Shown piece after piece: positions 1 through 14,779 of a stretch of 64,000 nt of DNA (the first letter of the stretch is position 1; each line of letters starts with the position of its first letter). A model generated the notes under the pieces. It saw only the letters and a list, made by a program, of their open reading frames with translations, was not told the DNA's origin and did not search any database. Source of the DNA: Octopus vulgaris (lineage: Eukaryota); the NCBI GenBank assembly GCA_951406725.2, contig OX597821.1, positions 28,644,001 to 28,708,000 of the forward strand, read 5' to 3'. Made by a program: the position numbers and the translations under genes.

Positions 1-1757
1 TCCCAGATACATATGAAAAGGGCTAATTCGTATGTTTTGATAGATATTTCGTTCATAAATTAAATACGTATTAATTACAATACTTGATGTAATACTTTAC
101 GAATCCCCATTCTCATCAATGTGTTACATTATTTTGGGGCTCATAGCAATAAAATCGAATGTATGACAGAATTATATGGAGAAATTTTGCACAAAGTAAC
201 TTCAGTACAGCTCTGTACACACCTACAAATCTTCACCCTTGAACCATATATTTGTAGTTGAGTAATCCATTAGAGTAAATGAATAATTCAAAATAAACAA
301 GTGACTGACATCACGTACTGCTAACAGATTTTACAAGTATCATCTATTTATTATTTATTATTTTCTTCTTTACTTTTTTTTTTTAAATAGAAATCTCCCC
401 TGAATTGCATATATTCTTGCACACAAATATATATGTCAGTTGGATATGGTCACACACAGTTATATTCTATTCGACACCGCTCCATATCACATTATTTGAA
501 TTTGACCAAGCTTTACATATATCAGTAAATTTACTATTATAAATATTGTTATACTTGGGGATGGTCATAATATGCCAATCAAATACACGCACTATATATT
601 TGGTCTTTACTCCAACTATATTATTATTATTGATTTGACTCAGGTTCCTACTTATTCCAGATATAATTAAAGTGAGTAGCGGTTTAGTCCTTGTAAGTTC
701 AAATCTCGACAAGCTTGCAATAGTCTTTCAAGTGTTTAAGTTCTCCCAGATAATCCTTCCCGTCCCTAAAAGGCAAACTTTGTATAGAAGCTCTACAGGA
801 CATTCTGTGGTTGTATTGTTGTTGTTTTGTCAAAGCTCGTTCGTCATACATCCTGAAACCTGTTCAGGGACCCTTTATTCCACGTGTCTCTTTTTGCCTT
901 GCTTTTTCCATTTTGTCTTTAGACGTAACATATAATGCGTGTGTTTAATTGGCAAAATATGGTCATTTCCAACTATAACAATATCTGTTTCAAAACACGA
1001 TGTCACATCAAGAATCTTGCTAAACAATACATAAACGTACTATTATTTACTACTCTTAAAAATAACAACTCTCATTGTAAAAGAATGTGATGAGTAATTA
1101 GGAATTTGTAGCTGAGGACGAACAATGATGCAGAAACGCAACCTCTCTCCGACCGGATGACGTCATTTATAACTCAGTCTGTTGTCACATATTTTGACTG
1201 TAATAAAATTTTTTCATAAATCTGTTTCTGTAACAAAAGGTGTTTGCATATCCAAGGGTACAGGAAGGTGTGTTAAATACGATTGTACGCAATATGTCTG
1301 TCTGTATGTATGTATGTATATATGTATGAATGATGTATGTATCTATGTATGTATGTGTATAATTCTTTTAAAAGGCGTAAAATGACTGTTACGGTCATCA
1401 CTATTCTTGTAAAGGTATAATAAATATGTGCTCTTCAAAAAACAGGATAAAGAGGACAACTCTAGCCTTTAAAATACAGTTTACAAATCTAGTACCGAAG
1501 ATACACTTTCAGATATATATTCATTATTATTCGAGCAATAGGAAATGTATTGTCTCATCTGGGTATAGATGAACTGGGATTCACGGGGTGACTTTTCAAA
1601 TCCTTAATTCATAAACTACAAACTTTCACGATATCTGCAAAGTCTTCTGAAGATTTGACCGATGATGACCAAAACTTGAAGCTTTCCTTCATAACTCTCC
1701 TGCCAAACAATTGGTCAGTCAAATTCAATCTAAATTAGAAAGAGAAAGGAAACGGCA

Positions 1758-1878
1758 TACATGCATACACGCACGCACGCACTCACTCACACATACATAC
1801 ATACACACACATACGTACATACACGCACATACATACATACACACATACACACATGCATACACACTTACACACACGCAT

Positions 1879-1910
<32 letters not shown>
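1758..1910. repeat. Compound (CA)n/(CATA)n microsatellite
   Basis: Direct inspection; explains the low-complexity ORFs 1711..1980 and 1725..1928. Confidence 0.95.
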
Positions 1911-1913
<3 letters not shown>

Positions 1914-2017
1914 TAAAATAAACAACAAGAATATCTTCGGTAGTTTGGTACGATCGTTTCACGCTACATCATTTTATTAAACATTATATGTATTACTACA
2001 CTTTTAAAATGTTGAGT
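1911..2017 (-). mobile_element. Truncated Penelope-like pseudo-LTR end carrying the 3' half of a hammerhead motif
   Basis: Minus strand reads GAAA-CGATCG-TA-C (plus 1948-1960 gtacgatcgtttc), a palindromic stem III with a GUA site. The flank aaaataaacaacaagaatatc resembles 18900-18920. It lies between TA-rich microsatellites. Confidence 0.5.
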
Positions 2018-2809
2018 AATATATATATAATATATATATATAAACATACATATTGACTTTCACAGCACTGCGATTATCAGGTGAGAAGTTCGTTCTCAAC
2101 TCTTGTGCTGGCTTCGTAGGTGTGTGTGTGTGCGTGTGTGCGTGTGTGTGTGCGTGTGTGTGTACGTGTGTATGTGTTCCTGCATGAGTGAGTGTTTCGT
2201 GCTTTAATCTATGGTCATCATTTAAATTGGTCAGTTTCCAGGCTTTGCTTCTTTATGGGTGTTAACTATGTCTGATCTATCATTTGTATTTGCTTAACTC
2301 GGTCTTTCTACACTTTTCATTGGTCGTATTTACTCTTGCTTGTCGACGTCGCTTTATATTTTAATTTTTTCTGTATATCAGTTTGCGCGTCATTGATCTG
2401 TTTACGATATCCAGTTTGGTAATTTTCTATAGTTACCACATTGTTCCATATCCTGTTTGTTTTTACTACGCCTTTAATTTTATACTGCTTACATTGTTTT
2501 TATGAAGCCCCTCTATCTTTTATTGTCTACGGTTCACTAATTGCTACCCATGGTATAACTAATATCCTGTTTGATACTTGTATGCTCTTCTTGTTAATGT
2601 CCTACATGCTCGTGATTTGCTTTTGCGAAATTGTTTGTGTGTGGCGTATAAATTTATATCTTGCAGTATTAGGAGTAAGGCAAATAAATACAAATTAGTG
2701 AAATACTAACGGTGAAACAATATAGGTTCCGCGGTTGATGAAAGAATTAGACAACATATGTAATAAAAGTAATTTTGGAAAGAGATGGGGCGAAACCCAG
2801 TTACACTAA

Positions 2810-3460
2810 ATTAAAAGATATCTGTTATGACGGGAACATTTCGTATGAATGTACAATCAATTAGTGTTAGTATATATTATAGATGGCAATAAATTATCTT
2901 TCTCTGCAGTGCACAAAATGCATCTTTCTGTTCCATTCTTACATAGCCTAACCTGCTTTGTTCTCTAATACTTCATTTAATTGCACAGTCCATGTTGTTC
3001 TCTTTGAGCTTCCAAGCATATTTACATTAAGCTTTAGATGTCTTTTTCATCTTTCTCACTATAGCTTGTATAATTTTAATGATACTTTAATCATTCAGAT
3101 ATTTGTTCGATGCCCGCTGTTCCTTTCTTCTTTCTAGAGCTGGCTTCAACTATATTCACTTATGCATAGGTGTTGCACGCGTGGGTAATCGGATATGGGA
3201 CCAATTATCTACGCTTGCAAGAACACGTATGAACTATAGATGCATTAAGTTTGCTGGCTGATAATAATTCATTACATTCGGTATCCTATCTCACATAGTA
3301 TTACAACAGTTTCTATTACAATGGGTTTCATAATGCCAGTTGCTTGCAAAGATTGATGTATCAAATCCAGAAATCGCCTTTACCTATAACAGTTTATAAA
3401 TAAAGGAGGATAACTGTCTGGGTTAAATGTAATTATTAATCTGGACAGGGGTTGAGAGCT
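2810..3460 (-). pseudogene. Decayed Penelope-like retroelement ORF, linker and GIY-YIG endonuclease C-terminal region
   Basis: Minus-strand translation across frameshifts gives TVIGK/RFLDLI, YAWKLKENNMDCAIK*SI, CKNGTERCILCTAEKDNLL and KCSRHNRYLL. These match recalled PLE motifs TNIGKxFLxLI, YIWxLKxxxxxYxIKWSI, CxLCxxEK and KCRHxNKFLL. Confidence 0.65.
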
Positions 3461-4484
3461 ATATTGAATAGTATATCTTTAAAGACATGCTATAACCAGG
3501 TTGCAATTAAAATAAGCTGTTGATTTGTGAAAGATATTTTTAATGGGAAGATGTTTAAATAACCAACGATTTGCCAGCTTGTAGATTCATACGCGTGGCA
3601 CAATATTCTGACGTTATCAAAATGGAAAAACGAATAGATTCAGACAATAGCATGGCTTTGTACTATGACGTTTACTTCCCAACTTCATGTTTCCAGGTAC
3701 ATACCCTTTGCGTGAATTTTTGGATAATAGTCCTTGCTGACCAAAGCTCTCTCGTGGATTTAGTAGAAAGAAGCCCGTCCTATATATGTGCCCACTATCA
3801 CTACCACTTGAAACCAGTGTTACTTTGTTAGTCCTTTAATTTAGAGGTCAAGTATAAGAACCCAAGGGAATAAGTACCAGCCTTTAAAACATATATGCAT
3901 GAGTCGATTCGTTCGACTAAAATACTTCAGCTTGTACCGTTAAAGCCTGTGTGGACAAAACTTTCTAATCTTTGGATATTGGTCTTGATATATAATTTAA
4001 GAACGGATTGTCCTTCCAAATAAGTGCCCCAATAGCTAAGAAAATTATAACAGCGAGACTAGAAACACCTTTCGTAAACGTTCACATATTCATACATGAA
4101 CATAAAACAAGCGGAATTACGTAAGATCTGACTGAGTAAGCCTTTAGAATTATGCGGGAGCAATAGATTCAAGAGGTTTCAATTCTATACATGCCAAAAG
4201 GATGATCTAAATTACTTGAAGGAAATGGAAATACATTTCATTAAAAAGATTTCACCTAAACTCAACCTGAAAAAATCTATATAAAAATACATTCTTTCAT
4301 TAGAAAAATAGTATGAACCAAACGAAATAATTTTTATGGATATTAACAGTGCTGATAAAAAAATAACACTCAAGAAAATTGACACACACCAACGCACACA
4401 GTCTCACACTCACATTTACTCATGTATTTAAAAGTATTTCCCAATGATTTAGTGATTTCTGTAGCTACGCAGCCACTGTATATA

Positions 4485-4773
4485 CAGGTGACGAAAATCC
4501 CTGTCAGCCATTTAATCCTAAAAAAACTAACGATCGGTTATAATTGATAAAATGTGGCTCCTTTTTTGACCTTTCAACACGAACATCTCTGAAAAGGCCT
4601 CGTTATTTTATTTTTTCCCGAAAGCCAAGAAAGCAAATTGAACTCATGACCTTTTCCAACTAACTCATAGATGTATTATAGAAAACGTTTTCACCAGCCC
4701 ACGATTCGTGAAAAATAGTTGAAGGGGATAAAAGCGCACAAGAAGTAGAATTTATATAAATTCTGACCACCTG
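4485..4773. mobile_element. Possible old Tc1-type MITE
   Basis: Left end TA-caggtgacgaaaat; the right end reverse-complements to caggtggtcagaat. Only a short imperfect TIR match. Confidence 0.3.
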
Positions 4774-4903
4774 TTCTTTTTATACATAATGGAAATCTGT
4801 ACGCCACCACAAATTACGCATACGTGTATATCTATCACCCATCCATCTATCTATGTATGTCTGTCTGTCTGTCTCTCTTTCTCTCTCTCTTTCTCCATAT
4901 ATA

Positions 4904-4951
<48 letters not shown>

Positions 4952-5364
4952 AGAGGAGGAAAGGGATAGAGATACAATAATAGACAGAGTGAAATTCATA
5001 TGATTGATCTAGTGTGTCATAACAGAAAAACACGTTGAATTTCACTCAAATAATAACTGAACTTCCAATATAATCGTCTTAGTCCATTTTTCATTAATCA
5101 TACCAGCGGTGGTATCGATAATCAATCGAACGTTCCTAAGTTTTTCAAATAATACCATAGGTATTATATTACTTAATTTCCGGCACGAATACCTTCGCAT
5201 GTAGTATGTCCACTCTCATTCCGACTTATTGCAGAATTCCTCACTGCTCTAATGTAAGGTGAGAATTACGTTGTTCGTATCATTACGAAAAACTGTGTAT
5301 GTATGTGTGTGCACGTGTGCATTTTTATGTGAACAAATATGTACACAGATACATTCACACACAC

Positions 5365-5465
<101 letters not shown>

Positions 5466-5509
5466 TGTATACATATACATAGATATTTTCTATATTTTAT
5501 TAACTCACA

Positions 5510-6270
5510 GGTGAAATTTGTATGACTATATAAGCTTCGGAAAATGCATCAGATGTTTCTGTTTGAAACCATCCTCTGATTTCAGTGCAGCTGTTACACT
5601 TTGTGAAGTCCACACGGAAGACATTCAAAATAAAGGTATCCCGAACCCTTGTCATATCTGCCTGCCTCTTCTCAATTTCTTCAAAATTACTGACCACGAG
5701 GGGCTCTCCTTCAACTTGGGGAACAACCAAAAGTCACAGGAAGCAAGGCCTGTATTGTAGGGAGATCACGGGAAAACGTTTGATGCCAGTCTCTGCGAAG
5801 GGATTGATTGCTAGGATGGAATTCTGAACAGGTATATTGTCCTGGTGCAAGCACTACCGACCCGATTGGATGACGTCTCACATTGTGCAACGAAACCTAT
5901 TTCTGAACTTACTGAATATCTCCATAAACTACTTCTTATTGACCTACCGCCTGGCTAAGTGAAAAACGGTGGATGTTAATGACGTCCTTGCTGTCGAAAA
6001 AGAGGGTCATCATGAACCTCCCGGAGGACAGAGGTGCCGGGCCTTCTTGGATCTGAAGGAATCAGGGATGCTGACATTGGATAATATGTCTTTTGGCCTC
6101 TGCATCGTAGCAGTAGCAGTAGATCCAGCTTTCATCACAAGTCAACGGAGATTTAAATAATCTTTGATTGGAAGGAATGAGCTCAACCATCTCTTTGCGG
6201 TCATATCCACCTCTTTACTTCTGTTCGTCACAGAGCAATGTTTTCACAAAATTTGTGCATGATACGACCT
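5510..6270 (-). mobile_element. Decayed mariner transposase fragment
   Basis: Minus-strand motifs CTNFVKTLLCDEQK, LTCDESWIYCY, LHQDN and YNTGLASCDFWLFPKLK (compare YSPDLAPCDFWLFPKLK), with many frameshifts. Confidence 0.85.
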
Positions 6271-6500
6271 TCATGAATAATTCTATGTACAGTTGCTACA
6301 AGTACAAACTGTACGTTCATGTCCATATGCAAACACGGCCAACTTCACCCGGAAAACTGCGAATGTTCTCAACCATCATTGATGTGGTGACATACCTCTC
6401 CCTCCCATATATTTCATCTACACTTGTCTCTCTATCGCTCTTTACCCCCTTTTGGCAGCGAAAACAAGCTTGGTTCAATAATCTATAAACATACGTATAT

Positions 6501-6738
6501 ATACCTATTTCTTTAATACCCACAAGGAGCTAAACACAGAGAGGACAAACAAGGACAGACAAACGGATTAAGTTGATTATATTGACCTCAGTGCGTAACT
6601 GGTACTTATTTAATCGACTCCGAAAGGATAAAAAGCAAAGTCGACCTCGGCGGAATTTGAACTCAGAATGTAACGGCAGACGAAAAACCGCTAAGCACTT
6701 CGCCCGGCGTGGTAACGTTTCTGCCAGTTCGCTGCCTT
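6501..6738 (-). mobile_element. SINE family B (tRNA-like head, Meta-domain-like core)
   Basis: Near-identical to 49979-50211 and 33843-34070. Family core reads gtcgactttgcctttcatcctttcggggtcgat..aagtaccag. The flank catacgtatatatacctat recurs at 6490-6508 and 6761-6779, a possible TSD. Confidence 0.9.
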
Positions 6739-8439
6739 TATATATATATAGGTATATATACATACGTATATATACCTATATATGTGTGTGTGCGCGCGCG
6801 TATGTGTGAATATGTGATGTATGCTTAAGGAAGTGGTACAAGACAGATTAGCAGATGCAGTTAGATTTGACGGTGAGAGGTGAGATGATAAGTGTATGAG
6901 TGCGTTGGTGTTGATATGTATGTTCGTATGTGTTTGTGTGAATGCGTTGGTATTGCTGTGTGTACGTATCTAGTTGTGTGCGTGCGTGTGCGTGTGTGTG
7001 TGTGTCTGTGCGTGTATATGTTTGTGTGTGCTAACGCATACTGAGCTTCTGCATATCAAATTTTACTCAATTGACGACGGCCTGTAATACAAAACAATCT
7101 TCACGGACAAGGATCGAACAAAAGAAATTTCATTCTCTTGCAAAGCAACATATTAACCACATTGCCATCATTGCACCTACATAAGGTAGGTCTTTAAGGT
7201 CACTAAATATATTCGGCCTTTCATTCAATTTTTGATCAGTACTTAGTCGATTATCTCAGACCATATAAAGGAACATATTGAAACGGCCCTCTGTAGATTT
7301 ATATGATTTTATTCTAATTAGGAAGCAAAGCAAAATTCGCTTAACGTGACAGTAGCAACTTAATAAATAGAGGAAGGTTGAAATACACGATATATTCCCT
7401 TTAATATTATTTGATTTGACTGCGGTCATGAATCCTTTAATAGTTTTAATCGATTGCACCAACCACTGTACATTAGTATATAAGTGACTGATTTCATTAA
7501 ACACTAAAGGTATGTAGATGTTAGTCTAAATGGAGATAACTCGGACAGAACTATATGCCGCCAAGCGGTATTCTTTGATGAGGAGAAATGTATCTTCATC
7601 TCATGTAGAAGTTAATGCGCGCTCACATTCACATTCACACCCCCAAATCACCAACATAAATGTGTATGTATACTTATATACATACGCAGGTAGACGCACG
7701 CGCTCGCGCGTGTATATATCTGGTACTTGACTCGCGATCGAAGATCAAATATTCTAGCAACTAGCTCCAGTATATTCATGAGAAAAATAGGTGGAGAGGG
7801 AGAGATAAAGAGGGTAGGAGAGAGAGAACAAATGAGGTAAGGGTAAGAGTGACAGAGAGAGAGAGAGAGAAAGAGAGATAGAGAGATGCAGTTCTGAGAG
7901 TCTTCCACATAATATTTGTCTTAATTTTCTCTTACAAATTGTTGAGGGGCGTGAGATCAAGGTAAAAAAAAAAATACATTGCTTAAATTAACGTGTAAGA
8001 AAATCTATCACGGTACAAAACAGTTTCGCAGTAAACTTATCAAACACCTAGACGTGACAACGAAATTGTGAAATGTAAGAAAAACAATACTAACGTAAAA
8101 GTATTTCATTTGATATATTACGGTACGTTCGAAATGGATACTTTCTTTGTTTTGTTAATATTTCCTTTCGTATATATAGAAAGAAACATTGTCAGTTTAC
8201 GAGTTAAAAGTCTCCCCGGCACTGAAATATAGTTATATGTTGTAAACCCTTCTCTCAGTGTCTTTTCTGCAATGTTTTGTTTGAATAGTTGTTGTGAAAT
8301 CATAGACCGCTAGAAAGAAAGAGATACAGGGCAAGAGAGAGAGAAAGAGGGAGGGAAAAAGCGAAGTGGTATGTATGAAAAAAAGCCACAGAAAGAGAAA
8401 GTAAACGATATTCATGCTAAATGTGACTGTTTCTGGTAA

Positions 8440-9640
8440 GGGGAAAATGTAATTATCCTATCCAAAAAGCAAGAATTTAAACAACATCAAAGCATATCAT
8501 CTTCATTGTTGCTGGGAGATAGCAATTTACTCAACATAGTCGCCCACACAGCCTCAAGACGACTCCGAAACCTGGCGCATGCGTTCCTCACTGTGTCCCA
8601 GGGAAGATCGTTGAACACCTCCATGATCTTTGCGACCACGTTGACATTGGTTTTGCAATGGTTTCTTTCTCAACCACGCCCCTCACATATTAATTCATAA
8701 GATTATAATCGAGGCAATAAAGAGGCCAGAAACTGAAGCTGGTGAAATCATAGAAGTTCTCCGAGAGCCACATCTGACTCTTTCCGGGGGTATCACAAGG
8801 AACCAAATCCTGTTGCCACAATTATGGCCTCCCAGCAGCAAACCTCTTCAGCCAGGCATTGACAACAGTCTTCTGCAGATTCACATAGCCGTCTGCATTG
8901 AGCCTAAGGCCCTTTTCAGGAAATGGGGACGAACCTTTGCGTGCAGACGCAGTCAAAAAGTGTGTTCTGTCCTTTTCTTATGGCCACAGCTTCGTAGTCT
9001 CTATTGTATATACCAGGAGGAGGCGCAATGGCCCTGTGGTTAGGGCAGCGGACTCGCGGTCATAGGATCGCGGTTTAGATTCCCAGACCGGGCGTTGTGA
9101 GTGTTTATTGAGCGAAAACACCTAAAGCTCTCACTCTTACTTCCTGTTTCTGTTGTACCTGTATTTCAAAGGGCCGGCCTTGTCACTCTCTGTGTCACGC
9201 TGAATATCCCCGAGAACTACGTTAAGGGTACACGTGTCTGTGGAGTGCTCAGCCACTTACACGTTAATTTCACGAGCAGGCTGTTCCGTTGATTCGGATC
9301 AACCGGAACCCTCGTCGTCGTAACCGACGGAGTGCTTCCCTCAATATACCAGGGTCACCTCTTACAGCCTTCAAGGTCTTTATAATTGAGCAGCAGTCAT
9401 GATATCGGCATTTCGTACCCAGTTCGTAACATCACAATACAGGTGATACATTTGACTTTCAATTCTCTAGGTCAGCTAACTCTTCCTCAATTACAAATTT
9501 AATAGTTATGCTCTTCTTCACCGATGGCTGTTCATCAATGCATCAAGGAGTTTCTCATAAAATGGGATATGAAGTATCGCCAAATTTAGTCTGAACAGCC
9601 TGCGCAAAGACAGAATTCTAGATAAATGTATTCCAGAGGA
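8440..9640 (-). mobile_element. Decayed Tc1/mariner element of DD37D (maT-like) type, interrupted by a SINE
   Basis: Minus-strand motifs WQQD, KSQMWLSENFYDFTS, FWP, VAKIMEVFNDLPWDTVRNACARFRSRLEA. The recalled family consensus has 37 residues between the last two catalytic Asp; the spacing cannot be read cleanly in this copy. Confidence 0.75.
9018..9343 (+). mobile_element. SINE family C (tRNA-like head), tail variant 1
   Basis: Head ggaggcgcaatggccctgtggttagggcagcggactcgcggtc with A/B-box-like motifs, shared with 32261-32559 and 57860-58161. 10-bp TSD atataccagg at 9008-9017 and 9344-9353. Confidence 0.9.
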
Positions 9641-10459
9641 GCGAATAAATGTTTGGTTCAGAATGTTGGAAAGAATCATAGATAATGAGAAATTAGGAGA
9701 GTTAATTCTGTTAGTGATGCTAGATAATGGAATAAAATGCAGCTTTACGACCTATCACAGAATTGTTACATCAGAACAAACTTTAGGTGCTGTAGTTGAT
9801 CTTTCCACTGTACGCCAGATTTACCCTTATCAAGCAGATAGGTGAAGCCATCTCACTTTTTTTTTACAAAATTCTTCGAGAAATAATGGCAGATAAGCTA
9901 AAGTGTCATTTGGAATTTTTTTTTAAAGATGATAACGAATGATTCATAAGGACTTTGAGTGATTCTGTTTCGAGGTGTTAGATGGACCAAATCGTTTCTG
10001 AGTTGAGGACCTCTGATTGGTTCAACCGTTAATGTTCATGTCTGTGCTAAGTATGAGCTAGGCATGTTTATATAAGCATGTACGTTATGCTCAAAAAGAG
10101 CGATTTTTTTCTTTTACCTCATACTCTGAAGCTGTTTATTATTTCAAGTAATCATTCTCTATTTCGCTGGCAATACTTATCCCCTACAATAGAGAATACG
10201 AAGCAGAAGCTTTCCGTTTCAGTTCCCTACTCCTCTGTCGACACTATCTTACAGATCTTCTGTGTCCTTAACCAATATTCATGATGATAATTACGAGCGA
10301 AATCGACTAGTAAAAAAGATAAAATAGAATAAAAATAAAAAAAAGATCAGTTTGATATTTATTTGGTTAATCATGTGTTTATTTATTTATTTATTTCTCC
10401 CTAAGGAAAGCTAAGTTATCACTATAACAATCACAAAAGAGGCCAACAGATAGAAAGAC

Positions 10460-12135
<1,676 letters not shown>

Positions 12136-12797
12136 TATATAATGTCTGCTTGCTATGGCTCAGTCCACTTATTCTTATTTATTCTCTTTCTTTCTCTCTC
12201 TCTCTCTCTCTCCTTCCCAATCTCCCTCTCTAACTCTCTCCCACCCTCTATCTCCATCCCTTTCCCTCTCTCAATCACTTTTCTCCCCGATAAATCTCTT
12301 AGTATATCTCGCTCCATTGATTTCTGTTTATTTTCCGTTAATTCTCCTCTATTCCTCTAATACTCACACTATTTCTCCTCCACCTTCCCTGCTTCCTTCT
12401 ACCGTTCCACTCGCCATCCTACCGCCCTTCTCATTTAACATTTCTCCGTTATTTCTCCCTTTCAACCATACCGGCTACTCATAAGGCTATCCACGGACTG
12501 ATTGGATAGCAACGTAACGTTGTTCTATTAACATTGCTTTTCTAATGACGCCATGTTTGTCACTTCTCTATTCTCTATTGATGATACGCTTTTGGCTAAA
12601 ACCTATATTGTTATATCGTTATATTGTTATATTGATTTATATCTGCTCTCTCACAATCACACGTTCTCTTTATCTGTCTCCTCCGCGCTGCTAACTTTCT
12701 CATTCTATTTCTTCGCTTCTCTCTCACATGATCATTCGTCTCTCTTCTTAATTATCATTAATGCTTTCTTTCTAAATCTTTTTGTGTTGTCTTCCTC

Positions 12798-13190
<393 letters not shown>

Positions 13191-13719
13191 ATCTTTCTCT
13201 ATGCCCGTCTCCCTTTCTATTTATCTGCTTGCCCGTCACTATGTGTCTGTCTGTCTACCCATCTATTCAAATGTTTATCTATTTGTTGGTCTATTCATCT
13301 ATCTCTATATCTGTAACTCCAAACGATGGAAGACAGTTGGAAGCAGACATTGTAGGTCAGCTTAAATTCAATAAAGCATTGTGCTTTATCTGTTTAGATA
13401 TGGAGTTCTAATCTTACTAATTTCAAATTTACTTTTGCGTTTTACTCATGCGTAGTCGACAAAATAAATACCAGCAATGTACTGAATTCAATTGAACTGA
13501 CAGTAATCCTTATTAAACAATGTTTGGCGTCGATCTATCCATCCATCTATCTACTTTAAACTATCACTGGTAGTTATCAACACTTTATGGATGAAAAAGC
13601 ATGAACGATTTCTGTGGAATTTCATATAAAAACATTGAAGAACGAATGTGCAGGCTATGTACAACCTATTTCAGCTCTTTCAGTAGTTACACTGTATATG
13701 ATTTTATTGGACACTGGAC

Positions 13720-14290
13720 TGGCAGGTTAGTTACAGCGTCGAGCACAATGCCTTGCCGTATTTCTTCATGATTTTAACTTTTGAGATCAAATACCGCTAC
13801 AGCCAACTACGTATTTCATTTTTTCGGAGGTGTTTCAAAAATATTATTATTACGCACTGGACTGGGAAAATAGGCAACAGGCACAATGCATTACCATATT
13901 ACTTTCCGATCTATATATTATGAGTTCAAATACTAAGGAAATCAAAGTGGCATTTCATACTTTTGTGGACGTGAAAAGAAAACTGGAGTAGAGAGATGGA
14001 AGAGGCTCCATGCAATTGACTAATTCTTACTTCCAAGTTGCTTCCTCGTCTAAGAAACAATTTTAATTAACATAATGTGGAGGATAAAAAAGTGCGTTAA
14101 GCGATGAAATGAGAAAAAATCTGCGGTGATTCTTTAATGCTTTTTTACGCTGAGTTCATATCATGCCGAAGTCAAATTTGCCTTTCAATTCTTCGTGGTC
14201 GGTAAATAAAGTACCCTTCAAGTACGATTAATTAATAATCCCGCCCTCAAAATTACTGGTCTGGTGCTCAAATCAGAACTAGTTATTATT
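13720..14290 (+). mobile_element. Cluster of about three old, degenerate family-B SINE copies
   Basis: Recurring gagttcaaat..gtcaa(c/a)tttgcctttca..gtcg(g/a)taaataaagtacc-like segments. Confidence 0.6.
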
Positions 14291-14485
14291 TGTATTATAT
14301 TTCCACGTATACCAGTTTCAATTCTTAAGCAACATCTATGGTGGTATACCACTCTGAATAATTTACGACGGATCATATTAAACCCAGAACTTATTTCAAG
14401 GTGAAATTTATTTTAAACATATCAAATGATTATAAGATTAAATGAATGATTACCTTTTACCTTTTACTTTTTTCAGTCATCAGAC

Positions 14486-14544
<59 letters not shown>

Positions 14545-14779
14545 ACCCAGTACAACTTGTCAAATGATCCGGTCGTCGGTGAATAAACCGGCAACCCCAC
14601 CAAGCTGGCTTGGTGAGGAGGATGATAGCTGGACATCCCGCAGGACGGAAAATAAAACCTATCGTAAAGTGTGGAGGAACTTATGAGTACTCAACGGCCA
14701 TCCAATTATATATGTGTGTGTATATACTTTTTTTGTTTTTGATGAATTTAATTTCATATAATAGGGGACAGATGGGAGA

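Noticed and set aside
1652-1728. Hammerhead-like hairpin gatttga-CCGATGA-tgaccaa..ttggtca-gtcaaatt
   Set aside because: GAAA and stem III are missing and the core is mutated; at most a deleted relic.
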